From Candidatus Latescibacterota bacterium (lineage in GTDB: Bacteria > Latescibacterota > UBA2968), in NCBI GenBank assembly GCA_965222605.1, contig OZ244960.1:1984001-2048000 (forward strand): a stretch of 64,000 bases of DNA, written 5' to 3'. The translations under genes were made by a program, and so were the position numbers. Within the stretch, counting starts at the first letter, position 1, and each line of letters begins with the position of its first letter. Below the pieces are notes generated by a model. The model saw nothing but the letters and a program-made list of their open reading frames with translations, had not been told where the DNA came from and searched no databases. Shown here piece by piece: positions 1-9,022 of this stretch.

Positions 1-375
1 AAGCAAAGCCATCGACTGCTCCATCGGGATCCAGCAGTGAAACCCCACACCCCACACAAACGAATACACCGCCAGCAAAAAAACCGAATCAACCTGGGAG
101 TATGCCATAATGCCCACACCCATAATCATCAGCGAAATCGCAGCGACAACAGGAGGTGCGAACTGCACCATCAGCGCGACAAAAAACGCATTCATAAAAC
201 CCGACACCTCGCGCAGGGCTTCCACATATCCCAATTCGTGCGCTCCGATATTCAGGCGATCAACAACAAAATTGTTGTAAAGCGTCAACTGCACGCCAAA
301 AAAAATCCCCTGCGAAGCAACCGCAAGCGCGAGCAAACGAAAGTCCCGATTCCACTCAGAAATTGGATTATTCAA
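1..375 (-). CDS. MFS transporter, N-terminal part (runs off the window edge)
   Basis: Manual translation from TTG at 375 after an AAGGAGG SD gives MNNPISEWNRDFRLLALAVASQGIFFGVQLTLYNNFVVDRLNIGAHELGYVEALREVSGF..., with several TM helices and no stop before position 1. Confidence 0.8.
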   Translation of the reverse strand, partial: MNNPISEWNRDFRLLALAVASQGIFFGVQLTLYNNFVVDRLNIGAHELGYVEALREVSGFMNAFFVALMVQFAPPVVAAISLMIMGVGIMAYSQVDSVFLLAVYSFVWGVGFHCWIPMEQSMALL

Positions 376-385
376 AAAACCTCCT

Positions 386-1333
386 TTAATTTCCCAATGG
401 CTCCCACACATCGCCAAAAATAGACCGCAACTGCGCCATATCTTCATCCGGCAAAGGTGGGCCGAGAATCGCCTTCACATTTTCTTCCAGATGATCGATA
501 TTTGCCGTACCCGACAGCACCACCCCCATAGCGGGATGCGCATTCACATACTTGTAGCCCGCCGCGGGCAATGACGTAACATCGCCCTTGACCAGCCAAC
601 CCAACGGATCCTCATCTTCCAGCGCGTCTCGCGCAATCAACCCCTTATCCTTCGCATACGCAATGCGTTCTTTGAGCACATCGGGCCGAGCCAATGCCCG
701 CCGAACAGCAACCATGCAAATCACGCCAACATCTCGCTCCTGACACATAGGAAAAACCTCGTGCTCGGGCGTTGGACTCAACAAATTGTAACCCACCATA
801 GCCGTATCGAACAAATCATCCGACAAAGCCATAGAAAACATCTCGTGCTTGTGGTCTTCGGCATACGTCTCACTCACCCCAGTAAAGCCAAACTTCCCCT
901 GATCTTTCAACCTCTCCACCGTGGGCCACAGCCGCTCAATAGCCTCAGAATAATGGTGTGAACGAACACCGTGCCACTGCATCACATCGACATAATCGAC
1001 CTGCAAACGCTTCAAACTGCGCTCAATAGAATCGACGACACCCTCTGGACTCACACGCTCATCATTGCTGTGATGATGGGCGTGAAATTTAGTCGCCAAA
1101 ATATAATCATCGCGCGGCACACCCTTAAGTGCGTTTCCGAGAATCGTCTCACCCTCGCCATACGCAGCAGCCGTATCGAAAAAATTTATACCGAGATCCA
1201 ACGCGCGTTGCACCAATCGATTCACGCCCTCTTGATCGACACCCGTCTTTTGTCCCATTTGCGTAGGCCCACCGCCGCCAATACCAATAATCGAAACCTT
1301 CAAACCCGTGCGTCCCAGTGTGCGATATTTCAT
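386..1333 (-). CDS. Aldo/keto reductase
   Basis: MKYRTLGRTGLKVS, GINFFDTAAAYG, ILATKF and SLKRLQVDYVD motifs; start reassigned to ATG 1333 behind an AAGGAGG SD. Confidence 0.93.
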   Translation of the reverse strand: MKYRTLGRTGLKVSIIGIGGGGPTQMGQKTGVDQEGVNRLVQRALDLGINFFDTAAAYGEGETILGNALKGVPRDDYILATKFHAHHHSNDERVSPEGVVDSIERSLKRLQVDYVDVMQWHGVRSHHYSEAIERLWPTVERLKDQGKFGFTGVSETYAEDHKHEMFSMALSDDLFDTAMVGYNLLSPTPEHEVFPMCQERDVGVICMVAVRRALARPDVLKERIAYAKDKGLIARDALEDEDPLGWLVKGDVTSLPAAGYKYVNAHPAMGVVLSGTANIDHLEENVKAILGPPLPDEDMAQLRSIFGDVWEPLGN

Positions 1334-1433
1334 AAATCCTCCTTTGAATATGGTATCCAATATAGGGCATCGCAACACCCCTCGCCATTGTTTTAACCAA
1401 CCCAAAAATCTCCGACAATCTACGACTGTCGCC

Positions 1434-1462
1434 TTGACAAATCCCACACGTAAAAGTATATT
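1434..1462 (+). promoter_or_regulatory. Sigma70-type promoter of ssb
   Basis: TTGACA-N17-TATATT upstream of ssb. Confidence 0.65.
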
Positions 1463-1531
1463 CGTACTACATATTATACAGGGTCGTGCCATGATCCCTG
1501 AAACGCACTATTTATCCTAAGGAGGCCGCGT

Positions 1532-2014
1532 ATGGCACGAGGAGTCAACAAAGTTATCTTGATCGGCAATTCTGGCGCCGATCCCGAACTTCGATACACG
1601 CCAGGAGGCACAGCCGTATCGAACTTTAGCATCGCCACCAACGAGAGTTGGACCGACAGCAGCGGCGAAAGACAAGAACGCACCGAATGGCATCGCATTG
1701 TGGTGTGGGGCCGTTTGGCCGAAATTTGCAACCAGTATTTGCGCAAAGGCAGCAAAGTCTATATCGAAGGCAAGTTGCAAACGCGCAGTTGGGAAGGGCA
1801 AGATGGGCTAAAGCGCTATACCACCGAAGTGGTCGCCCGCGATATGCAAATGCTCGATACCCGCGGCGAAATGGGAGGTATGGATGGTAGCTATGGCGGT
1901 GGCTCGTCCCAGGGCGGAGGGCAGGCAAAACCACAGTCAAACGCTTCTGCATCGGACGACACGACCGCTTCAGAGCCACCTCCTTATGCCGCAGACGACG
2001 ACCTGCCATTTTAG
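1532..2014 (+). CDS. ssb: Single-stranded DNA-binding protein
   Basis: [13 protein letters not shown]...[13 protein letters not shown]...[16 protein letters not shown], with acidic C-terminal DDDLPF. Confidence 0.98.
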   Translation: MARGVNKVILIGNSGADPELRYTPGGTAVSNFSIATNESWTDSSGERQERTEWHRIVVWGRLAEICNQYLRKGSKVYIEGKLQTRSWEGQDGLKRYTTEVVARDMQMLDTRGEMGGMDGSYGGGSSQGGGQAKPQSNASASDDTTASEPPPYAADDDLPF

Positions 2015-2030
2015 GCGCGATACAAACGAC

Positions 2031-2061
2031 AAAGCCCGCACAGAATTGTGCGGGCTTTTTA
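2031..2061. terminator. Bidirectional intrinsic terminator between convergent ssb and creatininase-family genes
   Basis: AAAGCCCGCACA-GAAT-TGTGCGGGCTTTTT. Confidence 0.85.
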
Positions 2062-2072
2062 TTTTCGACTTT

Positions 2073-2101
2073 GTACGGGCGGGTTTCAAACCCGGCCCTA
2101 C
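2073..2101. repeat. GTAG-type REP-like palindrome
   Basis: GTACGGGCGGGTTTCAAACCCGGCCCTAC, overlapping the stop codon of the creatininase-family gene. Confidence 0.6.
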
Positions 2102-2844
2102 TGACCTCTTCCATCCCCATAAATCTTCTGTATAGCATCAACCAGAAAATCTTCGACAACTTGAAAAATCTGCTCGCCCATCTCTGCCGTCGCAGGACGC
2201 GGATCTCCCAACCCCCCGTGCTCGGTATTCTGATCAAAACGCTTGTACAGACGCAAACCCGGAATACTCTCCTGACGGCGCTGACCATCCTTGTGTAAAG
2301 CATCTGTTTTCACCAGATCGGGATCCATCGCCATAATCATAGCAGTTTCACACTCACCCGCATGCCCGGATCCCGTTGTTCCCAGGGTCAGAACATCATT
2401 TATATTTTTATTCGACGGTCCCGCATACGGCGTCGTCGTGTAAAGATCAACATCTTCATGCCTCTCCATAACGCGCTGGCGCAAAACTGAAATATTGGCT
2501 TCATTGCCCCCGTGGCTATTAATCAGAAGAAATTGCGTAAAACCGTGTTCAATCATACAAACGAGAATATCGTTCATAATCGCCAGATGCGTCTCGGACG
2601 ACGCAGAAACCGTACCGGGATACTTCATATGATGCTGCGAATACCCCAGCCACATAACCGGGAGAATAAGCACATCCTCAGACAATCGCTTCTCAATGCG
2701 ATTGACCACTTCCTGAAGAATCATCGTATCGGTAAACACAGGCAAATGCAGACTGTGTTGTTCGAGCGAAGCCACGGATATAATAACCAGCAAATCCCGC
2801 GACAAAGCATCGACATCGGGAGAGGTCATATTGGCGAGAATCAT
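2098..2844 (-). CDS. Creatininase / creatinine amidohydrolase family protein
   Basis: SLEQHSLHLPVFTD, GYSQHHMKYPGT, INSHGGN and GHAGECET motifs. Confidence 0.9.
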   Translation of the reverse strand: MILANMTSPDVDALSRDLLVIISVASLEQHSLHLPVFTDTMILQEVVNRIEKRLSEDVLILPVMWLGYSQHHMKYPGTVSASSETHLAIMNDILVCMIEHGFTQFLLINSHGGNEANISVLRQRVMERHEDVDLYTTTPYAGPSNKNINDVLTLGTTGSGHAGECETAMIMAMDPDLVKTDALHKDGQRRQESIPGLRLYKRFDQNTEHGGLGDPRPATAEMGEQIFQVVEDFLVDAIQKIYGDGRGQ

Positions 2845-2973
2845 AAAAGCTCCTTAAAAGACACGCGATAGAGAAAAAACTATTCCCATTATACCCCTAA
2901 CACACAGCATTGTTTATTCAAATTATTTGTTTTATATTACAAAAACCGACAAAAAAATATCCTGGAGGCACCT

Positions 2974-3960
2974 ATGGAAAGAAAAAAAGCGTTGACACTC
3001 ACGTATAAAGGCGAACCACTGGGCCACTCGCCGGACGACTTTAGCGGCTTGCGTACATCCAATGACGCGATAGATGATCGCGGCGAACTCCACCGCCGAA
3101 TGGCAGACAATGGCTATTTGTTTTTTAAAAATCACCTGAACAAAGATGAGGTATTAGCCGCTCGTCAGGAAGTCATGAACCGACTCATGGGCGCAGGTGT
3201 TTTAGACGAACGGTATCCGGCAATCGACGGCATTGCAGCGTCACAGCGAAAAATTGACGGACGCGCAACCGGATCTTTTATGCCCTTGCTCGCGCGCAAC
3301 AATCCCCCCCTGGACAAAGTAATCCACGAAGGCCCGATTATGTCGTTTTTTGACCTTTTTTTAGGAGGGCCTGCGCGCTATTTTGACTACACCTGGTTTC
3401 GAGTCAAACAGCCCGGACTGCACACCGTCACCAATCCACACTGCGACATCGTCTATATGGGACGCGGAACAAAAAACCTCTACACCGCCTGGGTTCCCTA
3501 TGGCGATGTGCCCTACTATATGGGCGGATTGATGCTGCTCGAAAACTCACACAAATTGCACGACCTGAAAGCGGGATACGGATCAACAGACGTCGATCTG
3601 TACTGCAAAAACAAAGACGATGCCCAGACAATCGTAGAACGCGCACGCGCCGAAGGGCGAAACTTAACCAATCAAGAGCGGGCCTCCGTGCAGTGGAACT
3701 CGACCGGATCTTATTCCTCCGATGCGATTTCCACGCGCAAAAAACTGGGCGGACGCTGGCTGGTATCGGAATACGAAATGGGAGACTTGCTGATATTTTC
3801 AATGCACACCCTGCACTCAAGCTCCGACAACCACTCCAAACAGTACCGCATATCATCCGACACCCGATATCAACTCGCATCGGAACCCGTTGACGAACGC
3901 TGGATTGGCGACGACCCGCCTGCCCATGGCATTCGCGCCAAACGCGGGATGGTGTGTTAA
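2974..3960 (+). CDS. Phytanoyl-CoA dioxygenase (PhyH) family Fe(II)/2OG dioxygenase
   Basis: NGYLFFKN, HCD (HxD), GDLLIFSMHTLH and RISSDTRYQ motifs. Confidence 0.9.
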   Translation: MERKKALTLTYKGEPLGHSPDDFSGLRTSNDAIDDRGELHRRMADNGYLFFKNHLNKDEVLAARQEVMNRLMGAGVLDERYPAIDGIAASQRKIDGRATGSFMPLLARNNPPLDKVIHEGPIMSFFDLFLGGPARYFDYTWFRVKQPGLHTVTNPHCDIVYMGRGTKNLYTAWVPYGDVPYYMGGLMLLENSHKLHDLKAGYGSTDVDLYCKNKDDAQTIVERARAEGRNLTNQERASVQWNSTGSYSSDAISTRKKLGGRWLVSEYEMGDLLIFSMHTLHSSSDNHSKQYRISSDTRYQLASEPVDERWIGDDPPAHGIRAKRGMVC

Positions 3961-4010
3961 ATGAAGTGAGAAGAGAGACGTAAGACGTAAGACGTAAAAA
4001 GACCCCGCCC

Positions 4011-4043
4011 AAAACCCCGAAGAGCTATTCTCCGGGGTTTTTT
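4011..4043 (+). terminator. Intrinsic terminator
   Basis: AAAACCCCG-AAGAGCTATTCTC-CGGGGTTTTTT. Confidence 0.75.
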
Positions 4044-4172
4044 CTCTATTACTCCACTGGTGAATTTAGAGATTGATTAAAATTTCTCGACACAATATAA
4101 TGCACACCCAACGCAAATCAAAGATTCGCGCACCAACGAAAATGTCCCATGATCATTTGAGGAGAAAATCCA

Positions 4173-4754
4173 ATGGCAAAATTGAACGATGCACACCTAT
4201 CCCCAGAAGAACAAGCGGAGGGATTCGCGCCCTTATTCAATGGCAAAGACCTGAACGGCTGGAAAATTATCGGACCGGAAGAAGGCTGGGAAGTCCAAAA
4301 CGGATTAATGGTATGCAATGGCGAAGGCAGAGGATGGATTCGTCCCAAAGCCACATACACAGACTTTGTATTGCGCCTTGACTATCGAAACAGCGCGGGA
4401 GGAAACAGCGGGATATTCCTGCGGACAAGTGAAGAGGGACGCCCCGCCTATCAGGGAATGGAAATACAAATTTACGACGTACCGCACGACCCGCTCAACA
4501 CAAAATCAAATGGCGCGATCTACGATGCGGTCGCCCCCACCGTTGATCCGTCTCACCCAGCGGGGGAATGGAACTCGATCGAAGTATCCTGCCAGGGAAC
4601 AATGGTACACGTCATCATCAACGGGCGCGAAGTCATATCCTGTGACATAAGCAAACATCCAGACCTGAAAGACCGCTTGAAAACCGGATACATCGGCCTT
4701 CAAAACCACCGCAGCCCCATTGACTTTCGCAATGTTCGCATCTTGGTACCGTGA
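4173..4754 (+). CDS. DUF1080 / 3-keto-disaccharide hydrolase family protein
   Basis: LFNGKDLNGW, GGNSGIFLR, EIQIYD, GEWN and GYIGLQNH...FRNVRI motifs. Confidence 0.92.
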   Translation: MAKLNDAHLSPEEQAEGFAPLFNGKDLNGWKIIGPEEGWEVQNGLMVCNGEGRGWIRPKATYTDFVLRLDYRNSAGGNSGIFLRTSEEGRPAYQGMEIQIYDVPHDPLNTKSNGAIYDAVAPTVDPSHPAGEWNSIEVSCQGTMVHVIINGREVISCDISKHPDLKDRLKTGYIGLQNHRSPIDFRNVRILVP

Positions 4755-4762
4755 AAAAACCA

Positions 4763-4878
4763 CTGGATCGCGGCTAAAATCATGCCGCGATGACACACGG
4801 GAGCCTGCCCCGTAGTGACTCTATACAGGGGCACGGGAGCCTGTCCCGTAGTGCCTTTATACGGGAACCGTCCCCTAC
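4763..4878. repeat. Cluster of REP-like elements: a TGGATC..GATGAC palindrome, a 36-bp tandem duplication and a GTAG-type REP end
   Basis: CTGGATCGCGGCTAAAATCATGCCGCGATGAC (4763-4794); CACGGGAGCCTGYCCCGTAGTG at 4796 and 4832; GGGAACCGTCCCCTAC at 4863-4878. Confidence 0.65.
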
Positions 4879-4899
4879 AACACCTGATCACCTGAATAT

Positions 4900-6252
4900 T
4901 TAAGCCTTAAACGCTGTCAGAACCCGATCAAAAGCCTGAGCCGTTTGTTCGATATCCACATCGCTGTGAACAGCAGAAATCACGCCACCGGGCCAGGGCA
5001 TCACATCGACCCCCTCTGCCATCAGACCACAGCGAATCTGGTGAATCTGCTTCATCGAAGCCCCGCCCTTGAGAACTGCATGAGGCACGGTTCCATCGTA
5101 GATATCCGAACATGTGTACGTCTGATCTTCGGACAAAGGCAAAATGTGAAACCCCGAAAACTCGCCATACACAAGCCAATTCATCCCGTGTCTCTGAATC
5201 GCATCATTGAGCGCGTTTCTCAACACCTCGCCATTCCGATTGGCGCGCTCGGTAATCTCATCGTCTGCAACGATCTTAAGCGCAGTCAACCCCGCACGCG
5301 CTGAAACGGGATTGGAATTAAACGTACCCTGGTGTGGCACGCGGTACCTATCATTCCACGAAGCATCGTCGCGATACGTCATCACATCGAGCAAATCCGC
5401 GCGCCCTGCAATTGCGCCACCGGGAAACCCACCCGCTACAATCTTCGCAAAAAGAGCCAAATCGGGCGTCACCCCATAATATTCCTGAGCACCGCCGGGC
5501 GCGACGCGAAAGCCCGTTATCACCTCATCAAAAATAAGCAAAACCCCGTACTCGCGAGTAACCGCGCGAAGCTGGCGCAAAAATTCGCCCTGCGTGGGCA
5601 CACGCCCAAAACTCGCGCCCGTCGGCTCCAGAATAACCGCAGCAATATCATCCCGACTATCGAGCGCCTGCGTGACCTGATCGATATTATTGGGTTCACA
5701 CAACACGGCATTTTCGATATGATCCTCCGTAATACCGCTCGGCGGTGTACCGTCAAAACCGGGCGAAGCACCAAAAGCCACCTGATCGTGCCAACCGTGA
5801 AAATTGGTCGTAAAACGCAAAATCTTAGATTTATTCTGAAAAGCGCGCGCAACGCGCAACCCCAAAAGACTCGCCTCTGTACCCGACGAAGTAAAACGCA
5901 CCTTATCCGCGCACGGCACCATCCGAATAATCTGCTCTGCCCATTCCAGTTCCAACTCGTGCGACGCGCCGTAATGCGTTCCCCTGCTCAACTGCTCCCG
6001 CACAGCTTCGGTCACCTCCGGATGATTATGCCCCAAAATTAGCGCGCCGTGCCCGCCAAAATAATCGATATATTCACACCCATCCACATCCCATTTGCGC
6101 CCACCCTGTGCCCGATCAACAGAAAGCGGATAGGGCATCAGATAGCGCGTATCGTGCGTCACCCCACTGGGAAAAGTCTCGCGCGCCCGCTGGTACAAAG
6201 CGCGTGACTTTGGCGTTCTTGCCATATATTTTTGGACCAACAGATCGCTCAT
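4900..6252 (-). CDS. Class III PLP aminotransferase (glutamate-1-semialdehyde aminomutase-like)
   Basis: WDVDGCEYIDY, ILGHNHPEV, RFTSSGTEA, LLIFDEVITGFR, PDLALFAKIVAGGFPGGA and HQGTF motifs; probable start ATG 6252 (MSDLLVQKY). Confidence 0.9.
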   Translation of the reverse strand: MSDLLVQKYMARTPKSRALYQRARETFPSGVTHDTRYLMPYPLSVDRAQGGRKWDVDGCEYIDYFGGHGALILGHNHPEVTEAVREQLSRGTHYGASHELELEWAEQIIRMVPCADKVRFTSSGTEASLLGLRVARAFQNKSKILRFTTNFHGWHDQVAFGASPGFDGTPPSGITEDHIENAVLCEPNNIDQVTQALDSRDDIAAVILEPTGASFGRVPTQGEFLRQLRAVTREYGVLLIFDEVITGFRVAPGGAQEYYGVTPDLALFAKIVAGGFPGGAIAGRADLLDVMTYRDDASWNDRYRVPHQGTFNSNPVSARAGLTALKIVADDEITERANRNGEVLRNALNDAIQRHGMNWLVYGEFSGFHILPLSEDQTYTCSDIYDGTVPHAVLKGGASMKQIHQIRCGLMAEGVDVMPWPGGVISAVHSDVDIEQTAQAFDRVLTAFKA

Positions 6253-6369
6253 TTTTTGTCCTTTCGGTTTTTCAGTATCTACATAATCTCCCAATACAAA
6301 GATACAGTTCTGAGCATGTGTAGGCAACCACCTTGAGGCTGGGCATTACTGACGTTGTGCTACGCGTGC

Positions 6370-6443
6370 GGGACGGCACAGGGACCGTCCCCTACGATGA
6401 TATTGTGAATCCGACCTGTAGGGGCGACCCCCTGTGGTCGCCC
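6370..6443. repeat. Inverted doublet of GTAG-type REP palindromes (REPIN-like)
   Basis: GGGACGGCACAGGGACCGTCCCCTAC, a 22-nt spacer, then GTAGGGGCGACCCCCTGTGGTCGCCC. Confidence 0.7.
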
Positions 6444-6535
6444 GCTCACCTTTTACCCTTCATTCACACTTGCGCGTATTCACAGACCTTATTATTTTAT
6501 ATAGCTGTATTTGAATCCGTTCAAAAGGAGAACCT

Positions 6536-7255
6536 ATGCATCTTGCGCTGGAGAACAAAGTCGCTATTATTGTGGGAAGCAGTTCGGGAATGGGAAAAGC
6601 GACCGCGCGATCTTATGCCCAGGCAGGTGCCAGCGTAGTACTGGCAGCGCGAAGCAAAGACAAATTAGACGACCTATCAGCAGAAATAGGAGACCGTGCA
6701 ATCGCCTGTGCAACAGACGTGCGGGATATAGCGCAGGTAAACCACTTAATTCAGACGACACTGGATGAATTCGGGCAAATTGATATACTGGTTTACGCCA
6801 CGGGAACAAATATCCCGGACCGCAGCCTTGAAGTATTGACCCACGAAACGTGGGAAATGATGATCGGCACAAATCTAACCGGCGCATTCAACTGCACAAA
6901 AGCGGTTTTGCCCGCCATGCGAAAACAGCAATCGGGCCTCATTATTTATCTCTCTTCCGGATGCGTACAATCGCCCGATGTATCTGGCGTATCTTATCAG
7001 GCATCCAAGCACGGCATGTCGGGACTGGCGCACGGGACATTCAAAGAAGAACAGGAAAACGGCATTCGCACCACAGTAATCTTCCCCGGGTTGTGCGACA
7101 CCCCCATCGTCTTGCAGCGCCCCACCCCCACGCCACCAGAAGTCATGGCCAAAGCATTAAAGCCAGAAGACGTAGCCGATGCATGTCTGTATGTGGCGAC
7201 CACGCCCGCGCGAGCGCGAATACCCGAACTCATTCTTTTACCTGCGGGATTATAA
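6536..7255 (+). CDS. Short-chain dehydrogenase/reductase (SDR)
   Basis: VAIIVGSSSGMG Rossmann motif and YQASK catalytic motif. Confidence 0.93.
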   Translation: MHLALENKVAIIVGSSSGMGKATARSYAQAGASVVLAARSKDKLDDLSAEIGDRAIACATDVRDIAQVNHLIQTTLDEFGQIDILVYATGTNIPDRSLEVLTHETWEMMIGTNLTGAFNCTKAVLPAMRKQQSGLIIYLSSGCVQSPDVSGVSYQASKHGMSGLAHGTFKEEQENGIRTTVIFPGLCDTPIVLQRPTPTPPEVMAKALKPEDVADACLYVATTPARARIPELILLPAGL

Positions 7256-7258
7256 TAT

Positions 7259-7576
7259 TTATTTAGATGATGAGAGTTTTTGTTTCATGCGAGCAACCAC
7301 ATCTGCGCTGAGACCATCTTCTGGCTCAACGCTTTCTCGTTCATCCAGTACTGCTCGAATCTCACCAAAAGATGCGCGACCCAATTTTTCAAGCAAAACG
7401 GCATACGCAACCTTTTGCGAAGCGGTGTCGGATACTGGTCGAACAGTGTAGGCGACTGTAGCTTCACGAGTCAGTGCATAAACAATATATTGATTGAGTG
7501 AAATACCTTCGTGTTTTGCCTGATCGGATAATTGCTTATGAAGAGAATCCGGCAGGCGTAGTGTTAAGCGGCTCAT
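7259..7576 (-). CDS. RHH / HicB-like antitoxin
   Basis: MSRLTLRLPDSLHKQLSDQAKHEGISLNQYIVYAL; 4-bp overlap with the PIN gene. Confidence 0.85.
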   Translation of the reverse strand: MSRLTLRLPDSLHKQLSDQAKHEGISLNQYIVYALTREATVAYTVRPVSDTASQKVAYAVLLEKLGRASFGEIRAVLDERESVEPEDGLSADVVARMKQKLSSSK

Positions 7577-8004
7577 ATCTCTTCTTCTCCTTCTAACAGG
7601 TGTAAGATAGCCTCGACTGGTGTGAAAACTCGAAGCCCCAAAGCGATCCTGGCAGATTGAAAATCTCTCAGGTTGGATGTAATCACGACTGCACCAGCAT
7701 TCATGGCACAGTCAATTACGTGATCATCTCCAGGATCTGGTGAAATGGGACGCCAGGAATAGTAGATCGTAACAAATCTGGCCCGATCCAGAAGCGTTTC
7801 TAAAACTGGTCTCAATTGTTGCCAGCGGTGTGGCGACAGTTGTCGGGAGAGCACTTCCGCATATTCGTAGGCAAGGGCATCTGAGACACATACGTCCAGC
7901 ATTCTGCCCAGCCAGGCATCGATCAACAATCCAGCAGCTCCGCCTTTTTGGGTCAAACCTTCAAAAAGAACATTGGTGTCAATTACGCAAGGAAATTCAC
8001 TCAT
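7573..8004 (-). CDS. PIN-domain toxin
   Basis: VIDTNVL...EY.EVL...DPGDDHVIDCA...ITSNLRDF; acidic catalytic residues intact. Confidence 0.9.
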   Translation of the reverse strand: MSEFPCVIDTNVLFEGLTQKGGAAGLLIDAWLGRMLDVCVSDALAYEYAEVLSRQLSPHRWQQLRPVLETLLDRARFVTIYYSWRPISPDPGDDHVIDCAMNAGAVVITSNLRDFQSARIALGLRVFTPVEAILHLLEGEEEI

Positions 8005-8093
8005 GACACTATTATAGCATCTTATTTAGTGTCATGCAAGCCAGAATATTTCTGAAATATCTTTACAACCTTTCAAAACCTCGGGATATTTCC

Positions 8094-8903
8094 ATGTCAC
8101 AATCTATTCTTGAACCAGAGGATACAAAGCATCTCACACAGGCGCAGGTCGCGCAATTTGTGAATAACGGATTTGTCGTCGTTCCGGGTCTGGTCGATCC
8201 AGACCGTGTGAGCGCGGGACTAAAAGAATTAAAAAATAAAACCAGTATTGTACCCGATGAGTCAAAAACATGGCCTAAAGACAAAAATGGTATGCATGTG
8301 ACTCAGGAAGGCATTGCGATTGATCGGTCGGTGTGTATCTCACCCCAACTAAAAGCCGTCGTACAAGAACTCGCCGGACCGGCTGTCACCTGTGAGCGGG
8401 GATTGTCACCTATATTGCGGTTTCCGCAGTCGGGTATCAAACAGTTTGAACCGGGTGGCGGGCATATCGATGGCACGCGCCAGGGCAACGGCCTCACCGT
8501 ATATCCCACCCATTTTCTTCTGCTGGTAATGGCCTATCTGACAGATACAGACGAACACGACGGAGCCTTCACCGTATGGCCGGGCAGTCCGCGACAGGTA
8601 TTTTCGTGGGCGTATTCCAACAATATTGACCTCGGAGAAAAGTGGCGCACAACGGGCAGCACCGGCGCACCGGACATCCCGCTCAACGATCCAATCCCCG
8701 TTGTCGCACGGGCAGGCGACGTGGCGATATGCCATTATCTAATGGTACACGCCAACTCCGCCAACCGGGGCGACCATGTGCGCGTTGGGCTTCACGGATG
8801 GCTCAAGGCAGTTCCCGAATATCAATATATCCCGAAAACGGGACCGCCCCAAACGGACTGGACCCCGTTGGACTGGATATTGAGAACGGACAATTTACAC
8901 TGA
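8094..8903 (+). CDS. Phytanoyl-CoA dioxygenase (PhyH) family protein
   Basis: LTQAQVAQFVNNGFVVVPGL, GHIDG, GAFTVWPGS and AGDVAICHYLMVH motifs; the start may instead be 8034. Confidence 0.85.
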   Translation: MSQSILEPEDTKHLTQAQVAQFVNNGFVVVPGLVDPDRVSAGLKELKNKTSIVPDESKTWPKDKNGMHVTQEGIAIDRSVCISPQLKAVVQELAGPAVTCERGLSPILRFPQSGIKQFEPGGGHIDGTRQGNGLTVYPTHFLLLVMAYLTDTDEHDGAFTVWPGSPRQVFSWAYSNNIDLGEKWRTTGSTGAPDIPLNDPIPVVARAGDVAICHYLMVHANSANRGDHVRVGLHGWLKAVPEYQYIPKTGPPQTDWTPLDWILRTDNLH

Positions 8904-9022
8904 GAAAGGAGGTCCTTTTAATGCCGAGATCTGATAGTTTTGAAGAAGGAAATTCGAGTCGTTGGCGGGAAAATCCCACACGGGAACATCCTCGTCAAAA
9001 CCACGAACAAAGGAGTTGACAA

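Noticed and set aside
37-423. Plus-strand 128-aa ORF
   Set aside because: Shadow of the minus-strand MFS gene, which has an SD and TM helices
4796-4878. CRISPR-like 36-bp periodicity
   Set aside because: The units are directly tandem with no unique spacers and derive from REP-like sequence
4900-6252. Assignment as hemL
   Set aside because: GSA-aminomutase-like, but there is no tetrapyrrole gene context and the motifs are divergent; left at family level
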